From assembly GCF_963921235.1 (NCBI RefSeq), contig NC_086108.1, forward strand, positions 108,998,001 through 109,062,000: DNA of 64,000 nucleotides. Direction: 5' to 3'. The notes below the pieces were generated by a model, which worked only from the letters and a program-made list of their open reading frames with translations, did no database searches and was not told where the DNA came from. Shown one piece after another: positions 37,245 to 49,309 of the stretch. How positions within the stretch are numbered: position 1 is the stretch's first letter; each line of letters begins with the position of its first letter. The translations under genes were made by a program, and so were the position numbers. Origin of the DNA: Mobula hypostoma. Lineage: Eukaryota.

Positions 37245-38885
37245 TCATTTGCTATTTCTTTGTCCCCCATTACTAATTCACCAGCGCCATTTCCAGTGGT
37301 TCAATATCAACTCTCACTTCTCTTTTATTGTTTATATAACCGAGAAAAGCTTTTAGTATCTTGCTTTATATTTTTGGCTGGTTTGCTCTCATATTTCACC
37401 TTTTCCCTTCTTATTGCTTTTTTAGTTGCCTTTTGTTGGATTTTAAAAACTTCCCAATCATTCAACATCCCACTCACTTTTGTTACCTTATATGCCCTTT
37501 CCTTGGCTTTTATGCAGTCCCTAACTTCCCTTTACAGCCACGGTTGCCTTCCCCTGTTATTTGTGAACTTTCTTCTTCTGTGGGACTTATCTGTCCTGTG
37601 CCTTGTGAACTATTCCCAGAAACTTCATCAAAGTTGCCGGTGAATGCAGCAGGCCAGGCAGCATCTCTAGGAAGAGGTACAGTCGACAAGGGTCTCGGCC
37701 TGAAACGTCGACTGTACCTCTTCCTAGAGACGAAGGGTCTCGGCCTGAAACGTCAACTGTACCTCTTCCTAGAGATGCTGCCTGGCCTGCTGCGTTCACC
37801 AGCAACTTTGATGTGTGTTGCTTGAATTTCCTCTTGTTTGCCCAGAAACTTAAGCCACCTTTGCTCTGAAATCATCTCCGCCAGTATCCTCCTCCAAACC
37901 ACCTGGGCAAGCTCCTCTCTCATGCCTCTGTAATTCCCTTTATTCCATTGCAATACTGATACATGTGCGTCATGCTTCTTCCTCACAAAGTGCAGTATGA
38001 ATTCAATCATATCATGATCACTGCCTCCTAAGAGTTCCTTTACGTTAAGCTGACTAATAAAATTTGGGTTATTACACTACACCCAATCCAGGATAGCCTC
38101 TCCCTGAGTAGGCTGAAGAACAAGCTGCTCTAAAAAGCCATCTCATAGGCATTCAACAAATTCCATCTCCCGTGATCCGACACCAACCTGTTTTTCCCAA
38201 TCCCTTGCATATTGAAGTCCCTCATTACAATTGTGTCATTACCCTTATTACAGGCCCTTTCCAGCTCCTTCTGCAATCTCAACCCCACATCTTGGCTACT
38301 ATTTGGAGGCCTAAATATGATTCCCACAAATTTTTTTCCCTTGCTGTTTCTTAACTCCACCCACAAAGATTCGACATTCTCTGATCCTATTTCACCTCTT
38401 TCTAAAGATGTAATTCCATCTCTTACCAATAGAGCCACACCAACGCCTATGCCTTCCTGCCTGTCCTTTCTATGCAAAGTATATCCCTAGATGTTAAACT
38501 CGCAACAATGGTTGTCTTTCAGCCATGAATCAATGATGGCCACAACATCATACCGACCAATCTCTAATTGCACTACGAGTTCAACCACCTTATTCCAAAT
38601 GCTACGTGCATTAAAATATAGCACCTTCAGTCCTGCATTTTTCGCCTTTGTGAATTTTGCCTCTGTGCTGCAACTTAACTCTTTGCTCTGTCTGCGGTTG
38701 TACCCAATCACTGGCTTGTCCTTCCTTACATCCATATTACATAATACATCATCTACCTGTAATCCTGCTGGCTCATCCTCAGCTCTGTCACACTGTTTCC
38801 TATCACCCAGCCAACAGGTTTAAACCCCTCCCAACAGCTCCAGAAAACCTGCCCATAAGGATATTGGTCCTCCTTGGATTTAACC
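37245..38885 (-). mobile_element. CR1 ORF2 5' part (APE endonuclease), interrupted by a PLE mini-insertion
   Basis: Minus ORFs LKVLYFNARSIWNK, GVGVALL, VESLWVELRN, WNKGNYRGMREEL. Confidence 0.9.
37626..37840. mobile_element. Self-inverted PLE mini-insertion with 11-bp TSD and internal tandem duplication
   Basis: CCCAGAAACTT at 37615-37625 and 37841-37851; aagggtctcggcctgaaacgtc..tcttcctaga occurs twice. Confidence 0.9.
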
Positions 38886-39239
38886 GGAAAAGGAAATGTG
38901 AATGTGTACGATTGTGAAATACACTTAACATGCCAATGAGCCCGAGGGTGACAACCTTTTGTACGCAGTTTAAATTCCTTTGTGCGGTAATAGCAAATCA
39001 CGTGCATGTGCACACCTTATAGGGAACATTGCTTATCACTACTTGATAGCCACCCATGCCCCTCCACCACAACATCAACGTGTATTTACATTACAATCTC
39101 AACAGACTATAAGATAGGGAGCCCTCAAACAAAAACCTACCATCAGGGAGGAGGTACAGGAGCATGAAGACTCACACTCAACTTTTTAGGAAGTTTCTGA
39201 GTGGTCAATGAATCCATAAACGCTATCTCACTATTTTTG

Positions 39240-39396
39240 CAACTCACACAAAATGCTGGAGGAGTTCAGCAAGTCGGGCAGCATCTATGGAAGTGAAGCA
39301 TCTCAGCCCGAAAGGTTGACTTCCGTTCATTTCCTCCAGCATTTTGTATGTGTTATTCCAGATTTCCAGCATCTGCTGAATCTCCTGTTTTTATGG
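39240..39396. mobile_element. Older self-inverted PLE mini-insertion with 13-bp TSD
   Basis: ctcactatttttg (39227-39239) / ctcactgtttttg (39397-39409); arms acacaaaatgctggagga and tcctccagcattttgt. Confidence 0.75.
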
Positions 39397-39884
39397 CTCA
39401 CTGTTTTTGTTCTCTTATTGCTCATATAATTCTTGATGTCGCCGTTTAAATTCATGGAGCTGCAGATCATGGAAACAGGCCATTGAACCCTACTCAATCA
39501 TGCCGTCCCAGTCAGCTAATTTACCCAGTCCCATTTTGAAGATTAAGGATTAGCTTTATTTCTCACACCTACATCAAAGCATCCAGTGAAAAGTGTCATT
39601 TGCGTCAAACCAAATCATGCCGACAATTTGCTAAGTCTTTGGAATGCGGGAGGAAATCAGAGTACCTGGAGGAAGCCCACACGGTCACCATGAGAATATG
39701 CAAAGTCCTAATATATATATATATATTTTTTAAATTTCTATCGGATCTCACCTCAGCCTCTGTCACTCCAGAGAAAACAACTCAATTTCATCCAATGTCT
39801 CCTTAGAGCTCATGCTCTCTAATCCAGACGGTATCTTCTGCACCCTTGCCAAAGCCTCCACATCCTTCCTGTAAAATGTAATTT

Positions 39885-40275
39885 TAATTTAGAGATACAG
39901 CTCAGTAACAGGCCCTTCCAGGCCAACATGCACTCACTGCCCAATTACACCCAAGTGACAAGTTAACCTACCTATACGTACGTCTTTGGAACGTGGGAGG
40001 AAACCGGAGCGGTCATATGGAGAACGTAAAATCTCCTGACAGATAGTGACAGGAATTCAATCCCAATCTTACAGCTGGCTGCTGTAAAGTGTTGCACTAA
40101 CCTCTACGGATCACCCAGAGGAAACCTACACGGTTACAGGGAGAACATACGAACTCTTCACGGATGGCTGCAGAAATTGGATCCCAATCTTACAGGTGGA
40201 TATGCTAACCTCTGCAGAGCACCCTGAGGAAACCTATGCAGTCACAAGGAGAGCATACAAACAAGCGGCAGGAAT
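39885..40275 (-). mobile_element. HE1-like SINE with a tandemly reiterated head segment
   Basis: ggaaacc..gtcac..ggagaac..aa..atcccaatcttacag..ctaacctct unit repeated about three times. Confidence 0.65.
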
Positions 40276-40305
40276 GACCTTTTTTTGGCCTGTATCTTTC
40301 TAAAC

Positions 40306-40370
40306 CAGGGGTTCCCAACCTGGCATCCACGAATCCCTTACTTAATAGTGCTGGTACATGACATAAAAAT
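40306..40370 (+). mobile_element. hAT-type MITE left end, truncated
   Basis: CAGGGGTTCCCAACCT, a typical hAT terminus, preceded by TCTAAAC; no partner TIR seen. Confidence 0.5.
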
Positions 40371-40420
40371 CATTTCTTGTTCATCAGTCTAAAGCACTCA
40401 CTGGCCCCAGGTTACTCTTT

Positions 40421-41170
40421 GACACAAGAGGGACTGCAGCTGCTGGATATCTAGAGCAATACACACGATGTGCTGGAGGAGTTCAGCAGGTCAGGCAGCA
40501 TCGATGGATGGAATAAACAGTCAACGTTTTGGATCAAGACCCTTCATCAGGACTGGAAAGGAAGGGGAAGAAGGTAGGGGGAGGGAAGTGCAGTGTGATA
40601 GGTGGTAGGTGATTCTGGGAGACGGGAGGGGTGAAGTAAGGAGCTGAGAAGTTGATTGGTGGAAGAGATAAGGGGGAATCTGATAGGAGAGGGCAGAAGA
40701 CCATGGAAGAAAGGAAAGGGGAAGGAGCACCAGAGAGAGGTGATGAGCAGGAAAGAAGAGAAGATATGAGAGAGAAACAAGAATGAGGAATGGTGAAGGA
40801 GAGGAATTGGGGGGGGCAATTACTGGAAGTTTGAGAAATCGATGTTCGTGCCCTTAGGTTAGAGGCTACCTAGACTGAGTATAAGGTGTTGCTTTTCCAG
40901 ACTGATTGTAGCCTCCTTGCAGCAGTAGAGGAGGCCACGGACTGACATGTTAGAATGGGAATGGGAGGTAGAATTGAAGTGGATGGCTAACAGGAAATCC
41001 CATCTTTTGTGGCAACAGAGCGAAGGTGCTCATTGCAGCGGTGTCCCAATCTATGTCGGATCTCACTGGGATCTCAAGGGGCCACAACGGGAACACCAGA
41101 TACAATAGATGTCCCTAACAGACTCACATATGAAGTGTTGCCACACCTGGAGGGGCTGGTTTGGGCCCAG
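40421..41170 (-). mobile_element. Decayed Penelope-like element (GIY-YIG region plus terminal repeat)
   Basis: Reverse complement parallels 3040-3100, 3470-3690 and 17687-18375; core ccagtcctgatgaagggtcttgatccaaaacgttgactg at about 40518-40556. Confidence 0.8.
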
Positions 41171-41264
41171 GGTGGTTAGTTTCCAAACTGAATGACATGA
41201 ACATCGATTTCTCTAATTGCTAGTAATTTTTCCTCCTTCACTTCCCTCTTCTTAAATTCCACAT

Positions 41265-41655
41265 GACACATGCAAAATGCTGATGGAACTCAACAGGTCA
41301 GGCACCATCTATAGAGAGGCCATTTTGGGCCGAGTCTCTGCGGCCCTCTGCCTTCCTTTTACCCATAGTCCTCTCTCCTCTCATGTCAGATTTCTTATTG
41401 CCCAGCGCCACCCAGTTTGTCATCACCCTCCCCACCACCCAACTAAATTCCCATCATCTATTTTGTCCTATCACCTGCCAGCTTGTACTTCTTCCCCTCT
41501 CCAACGTTCTTATTTTGACTGCTTCCCTCTTTCGTTCCAGTCCTGATGAAGGGTCTCCGCCTGAAAAATTGATTATTTATTGCTCTCCATGGATGCTGTC
41601 TGACCTGATGAGTTCCTGCAGCACTTCCTGCTCAACCAGCATTTTGTGTGTGTTG
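41265..41655. mobile_element. Self-inverted PLE terminal-repeat fragment
   Basis: Short minus arm then plus UTR with ccagtcctgatgaagggtctccgcctgaaa and cagcattttgtgtgtgttg. Confidence 0.7.
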
Positions 41656-41666
41656 TAATTATCAAT

Positions 41667-42231
41667 TATGGGGTGTATGGGGTGTCAGGGAGGGGTAGCA
41701 CCTCTAGTGGGGTAACATGTCGCATCCTTTTCAAGGCGGTTAGTCCACCTTTGGTCCCCACCTGGCATTCAGCTCTCACCTGTGGCTCCCCGTAGCTGTT
41801 TGCATGCGACAGCGGCCACACCCCGGGCAACGGCTTCGACAAGCCGGCTAAACCAGGTGAGGGTAGCTGACGGGTCTCAGACCCTCGGTGAGATAGGGAG
41901 TTGTCTATCCCAGCATGTGAAGACAGACTCCGGCGGATTGAGCGGACGAGACCAATGGAAGGTCCAACGGTCAAGAAGGCGGTCTCTGCAAGCGTCGTGG
42001 AATGTGTAGAGCAGGACAAGACACAGACGTCCTGGTCATCCACTGCGCCTAGTCCCATCTCCAGCTGTCTCGACTCTGTCTTGCCACTGGATCCAGATGG
42101 GAATTGGGAAGAGAGAGTGAGGCTGACGCTGCGCAACTCTTTCTCACTTAAATCCAAATCACGCGCTAGTCACGACACCATCAATAAATGGTGTGGAGAT
42201 CCTCATCGACATACGATGGACGAACAACAAC
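41667..42231 (+). mobile_element. CpG-rich non-autonomous retroelement (possibly RTE-derived) with 10-bp TSD
   Basis: AATTATCAAT at 41657-41666 and 42232-42241; (CAA)n tail. Confidence 0.8.
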
Positions 42232-42476
42232 AATTATCAATACTGGATTGTGTTACAGTCAAGTTCTTAAAGGGAATTCAGGACAAGTTTATTGTCCTGT
42301 GCACAAGTACCCTCCGGTAAAAACCTTGCTTGCCTCAGCATCTCAGGCACATAGGTACAGACAACCTGTAGAAAATAAGTTACAGTATTTTTAAGGCACC
42401 ATGGTCGTGGAGTGGTTAGCCAGCACGATTACAACTTGCGGCATTGGAGTTCAAAGTTCAATCCTCTATAAGAAAG

Positions 42477-43649
42477 ATTTAAAATTTAAATCTTCAGGTT
42501 TAAAATGGTGCTACTGGAGACAGGTGACAACTTAATGGTGGTTCATAAAGCAAGAAATACAACTACTTTATTAATAACATTTTTCTGTGGTAAATTGTGA
42601 TAAACTATTACTGAAAACAATGAAGAAGCAAGCGAAGATGAGGCTGACTCGGCGGTCGAGGTGTGCTGGTGTGATACAAAGTTGGAGTGTGGCATGTTCG
42701 AGGAGAAGTGGTCACGGCAAGGTCGAGACATGGAAGGGACAGAGTCGTGGTGTGTGATACAGAGAAAAGTCAGAGTGGCAGAGTTTTGGAGACCGTCCAC
42801 AAATTGAGAACGAGGTTGGATCAATCTAATCGCTGGGCCAGTTTGGAAGGGTGTGGCCCAGGTCCAAGCCCAGAGAGTACTGATGCATCAGGGCCCAGGT
42901 CCTAGTGTGGGGAAGAGTCTAATGTTGGAACAATTTAAACTGGGCCAGATGGACTTAAGAAGCAGGGTGTCAGGGCCAGAGGCGTGGGCTGGACCGGTTC
43001 TGCTCGCTGCTCCACAACGTTTGCTGGCTCTCTGGCCACTGAGGCTGAGACTGCTCCAGCTACCAGCTCTGCAATGATTTGCCCTGCTGTGTGATGAACT
43101 GAGGCTGTGGGCTGCTCCAGGCTTCATGTCTATGGACTCACTTTCGTTCTGAATGCTGTTGCTTGTTTTAATTATTTGTATAATGTGTGTTTTTTATCTC
43201 TCTCTCTCTCTCTCGGCACATTGGGTGATTGTTAGTCTTTTTTTAATGAATTCTTTCAGGTTTCTTGTTTTGTGACTGCCTGTAATCAGACAAATCTCAA
43301 GGTTGTATAATTTATACATACTTTATACTTCATAGTCGCCAAACAATTGATACTAGAATGTACAGTCATCACAGCGATATTTGATTCTGCGCTTCCCGCT
43401 CCCTGGCGTACAAATGGATAGTAAATATTAAAAATTTAAATTATAAATCATAAATAGAAAATAGAAAATGGAAAGTAAGGTAGTGCAAAAAAACCGAGAG
43501 GCAGGTCCGGATATTTGGAGGGTACGGCCCAGATCCGGGTCAGGATCCGTTCAGCAGTCTTATCACAGTTAAAAAGAAGCTGTTCCCAAATCTGGCCGTA
43601 CAAGTCAAACATAGTTTGATAATAAATGTATTTTGAAATTTGAACTTTG
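42477..43649 (+). mobile_element. Non-autonomous retroelement inserted in an HE1-like SINE (about 42395-43850)
   Basis: AAGAAAG at 42470-42476 and 43650-43656; tail gataataaatgtattttgaaatttgaacttt matches the reverse complement of 1567-1650. Confidence 0.6.
43321..43607 (-). mobile_element. Rex1/Babar 3' end, same subfamily as 19867-21490
   Basis: Near-identical to 19870-20158. Confidence 0.9.
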
Positions 43650-44319
43650 AAGAAAGCTTGTTCGTTCTTCCCGTATGTGCATGGGTTTTCTCCGGATGCT
43701 CTGGTTTCCTCCCACAGTCCAAAGATGTACTAATTAGTAGGTTAAATGGTCATTGTAAATTGTCCCATAATTAGGCCAGGATTAAATAGGTATGTTTCTG
43801 GGCAGTGCAGCTCATTAGGCTGGAGCTTGTTCTGTACTATATCTATAAAAAAAAACCATACCATATAAAAAAAAGAATATGTAAAAACAACAAGGTACAA
43901 AATTCAAGATTCAAAAGAAGTTAATGTAATTTCCAGCACACAAGTGTAAAGGAGAATGAAATCATTGTTGCTCTGGATTTGATGTGGCATATAAAAAGCA
44001 CGCTATGATAAAGAACACAATAATAAAAAACTCAATAAATATAAATACATAAGATATCTTAAGAAAAAAATCAGAGATGTGATCAAAGAAAAATTCATAC
44101 AAGAGGAGGCTGATTGTGTTCCATTACTGAGGTAGAATCAGGGTTGTGCAGGTCGGTTCAACAACCTGATAACTGTTGGAAAGCAGATGTTCTGACCTGG
44201 TGATATGGATCCTTGGGCTTCTGTATCTCTGTCAGTGGTGTATAGGACCGTATCTTTGATGGACTGGACTGTGTCCACTACTCTGCCTGGACCAGACCAA
44301 AATTATTCCAGATTTTCCC

Positions 44320-47300
44320 ATTCCATCAGAGAGGAGGCTATGTCGCATCCACGCCAGGACCATCAGACTGAAAAGCAGTTACTGTCCCCAAACAATAAGA
44401 CTAACCCACCCCTCCACACCCCCATCCACTAACCCACCCCTCACACCCCCGTCCACTAACCCACCCCTCCACACCCCCGACCACTAACCCACCCCTCCAC
44501 ACCCCCGTCCACTAACCCACCCCTCCACACCCCCGACCACTAACCCACCCCTCCACACCCCAGTCCACTAACCCACCCCTCCACACCCCCGACCACTAAC
44601 CCACCCCTCCACACCCCCGACCACTAACCCACTCCTCCACACCCCCACCCACTAACCCACCCCTCCACACCCCCACTCACTAACCCACCCCTCCACACCC
44701 CCGTCCACTAACCCACCCCTCCACACCCCCGACCACTAACCCACCCCACCACACCCCCGTCCACTAACCCACCCCTCCACACCCCCGTCCACTAACCCAC
44801 CCCTCCACACCCCCAACCACAAACCCACCCCTCCACACCCCCGACCACTAACCCACCCCTCCACACCCCCAACCACTAACCCACCCCTCCACACCCCCAT
44901 CCACTAACCCACCCCTCCACACCCCCAACCACTAACCCACCCCTCCACACCCCCGTCCACTAACCCACCCCTCCACACCCCCACTCACCAACCCACCCCT
45001 CCACACCCCCAACCACTAACCCACCCCTCCACACCCCCGCCCACTAACCCACTCCTCCACACTCCCATCCACTAACCCACCCCTCCACACCCCCGACCAC
45101 TAACCCACCCCTCCACACCCCCGACCACTAACCCACCCGTCCACACCCCGTCCACTAACCCACCCCTCCACACCCCCGACCACTAACCCACCCCACCACA
45201 CCCCCGTCCACTAACCCACCCCTCCACACCCCCGTCCACTAACCCACCCCTCCACACCCCCAACCACAAACCCACCCCTCCACACCCCCGACCACCAACC
45301 CACCCCTCCACACCCCCAACCACTAACCCACCCCTCCACACCCCCATCCACTAACCCACCCCTCCACACCCCCAACCACTAACCCACCCCTCCACACCCC
45401 CAACCACTAACCCACCCCTCCACACCCCCACTCACCAACCCACCCCTCCACACCCCCAACCACTAACCCACCCCTCCACACCCCCGCCCACTAACCCACT
45501 CCTCCACACCCCCGTCCACTAACCCACCCCTCCACACCCCCGACCACTAACCCACCCCTCCACACCCCCGACCACTAACCCACCCCTCCACACCCCGTCC
45601 ACTAACCCACCCCTCCACACCCCCGACCACTAACCCACCCCTCCACACCCCCGTCCACTAACCCACCCCTCCACACCTCCAACCACTAACCCACCCCTCC
45701 ACACCCGCACTCATCAACCCACCCCTCCACACCCCCGACCACTAACCCACTCCTCCACACCCCCGTCCACTAACCCACCCCTCCACACCCCCGACCACTA
45801 ACCCACCCCTCCACACCCCGTCCACTAACCCACCCCTCCACACCCCCGACCACTAACCCACCCCTCCACACCCCGTCCACTAACCCACCCCTCCACACCC
45901 CCAACCACTAACCCACCCCTCCACACCCCGTCCACTAACCCACCCCTCCACACCCCCGACCACTAACCCACCCCTCCACACCCCCGTCCGCTAACCCACC
46001 CCTCCACACCCCCGACCGCTAACCCACCCCTCCACACCCCCGTCCAGTAACCCACCCCTCCACACCCCCGTCCACTAATCCACCCCTCCACACCCCCGTC
46101 CACTAACCCACCCCTCCACACCCCCAACCACTAACCCACCCCTCCACACCCCCGTCCACTAACCCACCCCTCCACACCCCCGTCCACTAACCCACCCCTC
46201 CACACCCCCGACCACTAACCCACCCCTCCACACCCCCGTCCGCTAACCCACCCCTCCACACCCCCGACCGCTAACCCACCCCTCCACACCCCCGTCCAGT
46301 AACCCACCCCTCCACACCCCCGTCCACTAATCCACCCCTCCACACCCCCGTCCACTAACCCACCCCTCCACACCCCCTTCCACTAACCCACCCCTCCACA
46401 CCCCCGTCCACTAACCCACCCCTCCACACCCCCGACCACTAACCCACCCCTCCACACCCCCGTCCACTAACCCACCCCTCCACACCCCCGACTACTAACC
46501 CACCCCTCCACACCCCAGTCCACTAACCCACCCCTCCACACCCCCGACCACTAACCCACCCCTCCACACCCCGTCCACTAACCCACCCCTCCACACCCCC
46601 AACCACTAACCCACCCCTCCACACCCCGTCCACTAACCCACCCCTCCACACCCCCAACCACTAACCCACCCCTCCACACCCCCGTCCACTAACCCACCCC
46701 TTCACACCCCCAACCACTAACCCACCCCTCCACACCCCCGTCCACTAACCCACCCCTCCACACCCCCGTTCACTAACCCACCCCTCCACACCCCCGACCA
46801 CTAACCCACCCCTCCACACCCCCGTCCACTAACCCACCCCTCCACACCCCGTCCACTAACCCACCCCTCCACACCCCCAACCACTAACCCACCCCTCCAC
46901 ACCCCGTCCACTAACCCACCCCTCCACACCCCCGACCACTAACCCACCCCTCCACACCCCCGACCACTAACCCACCCCTCCACACCCCCGTCCACTAACC
47001 CACCCCTCCACACCCCCGACCACTAACCCACCCCTCCACACCCCCAACCACTAACCCACCCCTCCACACCCCTGTCCAGTAACCCACCCCTCCACACCCC
47101 CAACCACTAACCCACCCCTCCACACCCCGTCCACTAACCCACCCCTCCACACCCCCGTCCACTAACCCACCCCTCCACACCCCCAACCACTAACCCACCC
47201 CTCCACACCCCCGACCACTAACCCACCCCACCACACCCCCGTCCACTAACCCACCCATCCACACCCCCGTCCACTAACCCACCCCTCCACACCCCGTCCA

Positions 47301-48100
47301 CTAACCCACCCCTCCACACCCCCAACCACAAACCCACCCCTCCACACCCCCAACCACTAACCCACCCCTCCACACCCCCAACCACTAACCCACCCCTCCA
47401 CACCCCCGTCCACTAACCCACCCCTCCACACCCCCGTCCACTAACCCACCCCTCCACACCCCCAACCACTAACCCACCCCTCCACACCCCCGTCCACTAA
47501 CCCACCCCTCCACACCTCCGACCACTAACCCACCCCTCCACACCCCCGACCACTAACCCACCTCTCCACACCCCCACCCACTAACCCACCCCACCACACC
47601 CCCAACCACTAACCCACCCCTCCACACCCCCGTCCACTAACCCACCCCTCCGCACCCCCACCCTCTAACCCATCCCTCCACACCCCCAACCACTAACCCA
47701 CCCCTCCACACCCCCGACCACTAACCCAGCCCTCCGCACCGCCACCCTCTAACCCACCCCTCCACACCCCCGACCACTAACTCACCCCTCCACACCCCCG
47801 ACCACTAACCCACCCCTCCACACCCCCAACCACCACTACTTTATCATTTCCTTTCAGTTGTCTTCTGTACAGACACTCCTGTGCTTAGTGTCACTTTATG
47901 GACATACAATCAATCTATGTATACTGTATAAACTATCTTTTGTATCTATATTTATTGTGTTTTGTTGTTATTATTGTGTTCCTAATCTTATTGTGCTTTT
48001 TTGTGTTGCATCAGATCCGGAGAAACAATCATTTCATTTTCTTTCACACTTGTGTAATGGAAATGACATTAAGCAATCTTTAATCTTGAAATCTTGAATC
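44320..48100 (+). mobile_element. Rex1/Babar-type 3' end hosting the minisatellite
   Basis: ccatcagagaggaggcta...gaaaagcagttactgtcccc (PSGRR..SFFP-like end) before the array; AT-rich UTR and (AATCTTG)n tail after it. Confidence 0.65.
44401..47833 (+). repeat. 28-bp C-rich minisatellite, about 122 copies
   Basis: Unit CCACTAACCCACCCCTCCACACCCCC(GT/GA/AA); period measured from successive TAA at 44485 and 44513. Confidence 0.98.
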
Positions 48101-48370
48101 CTGAACTGTAAGGATATAGCTGATGATCTTGTCATGACCAAATTGTTGTTTGTGAGAGCTTGTCAGCTTGTTACTAGGATATCTTCACATAATCTGGAAA
48201 GAACCCCAGGTAAAATACACCCTTTTTGGATAGAAACTGCAGCATATGGTGCGCAGATCTAGACTGTGCTGAGCTGTTTTTAGACTATTTTTGTTATTAT
48301 TTTACATTTGTATTTAACTCTGGCGGTTGTAGGTATCCCTTTGTAATGCTCAGTAATTATGTGACCTGGA

Positions 48371-48617
48371 GCAACTCACACAAAATACTGGAGGAACTCA
48401 GCAGGTCAGGCAGCATCTATGGAAATGAATAAACAAAATTGAAAACACAAAATACTCTGCAGATGCTGGGATCAAAGCAACGCTCACAACACGCTGGAGG
48501 AACTCAGCAGGTCGGGCAGCATCCATGGAAATGTGGCTTCTTCTTCCAACCCTCCCCCCACCTTCTATATATTGTATGTGATGCTCTGGATTTCCAGCGT
48601 CTGCAGAATCTCCTGCG
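48371..48617. mobile_element. Compound inverted PLE terminal-repeat insertion with 15-bp TSD
   Basis: ATTATGTGACCTGGA at 48356-48370 and 48618-48632; two minus arms and one plus arm. Confidence 0.8.
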
Positions 48618-48742
48618 ATTATGTGACCTGGACTCTCCACTTAAAACCCCACACAAGCAGTAGGACCTGGTGACCCAAAGTCATTCGCACTTCCTGCAAA
48701 TGATGGCAAGGGTCCGGACAAGAGAAACTTCGCCACAAACTA

Positions 48743-49309
48743 TACTTTGTGGCCACTTTATGAGGTACCCCTGTACGCCTGATCATTGATGCAAATATCT
48801 AATCAGCCAATCAAGTGGCAGCAACTCAATGGAAAAGCATGCAGACGTGGTCCAAAGGTTCCGTTGCTGCTCAGACCAGACATCAGAATGAGGAAGAAAT
48901 GTGATCTAAGAGACTTTGACTATAATAATTGTTGATGCAAGATGGGGCAGTTTAAGTATCTGAGAAACTGCTGATCTCCTGGGATTTTCATGCACAACAG
49001 TCTCTAGAGTTTACAGAGAATGGAGCGAAAAGCAAAAAAAAAAATCCAGTGAACAGCAATTCTGTGGGTAAAAAAACTTTGTTAGTGAGGGAGGTCAGAG
49101 GAGAACGGCCAGGCTGGTTTAAGTTGATAGGAAGGCGACAGTAACACAAACAACTACGTGTTACTCTGTGGTGTGCAGAAGAGCATCTCTGAATGCACAA
49201 CATGTCGAACCTTGAAGTGGATGGGCTACAGCAGCAGAAGACCATGAACATACACTCAGTAGCCACTTTATTAGGAGCGGAAGGTATCTAATAAAGTGGC
49301 CACTGAGTC
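48743..49309 (+). mobile_element. Tc1-like non-autonomous DNA transposon with both TIRs
   Basis: Left gtggccactttatgaggtac, right ggtatctaataaagtggccactgag, TA on both sides; remnant MRKKCDLRDFD...LSI*ETADLLGFSCTTVSRVYREW. Confidence 0.85.

Noticed and set aside
44401..47833. CRISPR array or true telomeric tract
   Set aside because: Units are contiguous with no unique spacers, there are no cas genes, and the 28-mer is not (TTAGGG)n.
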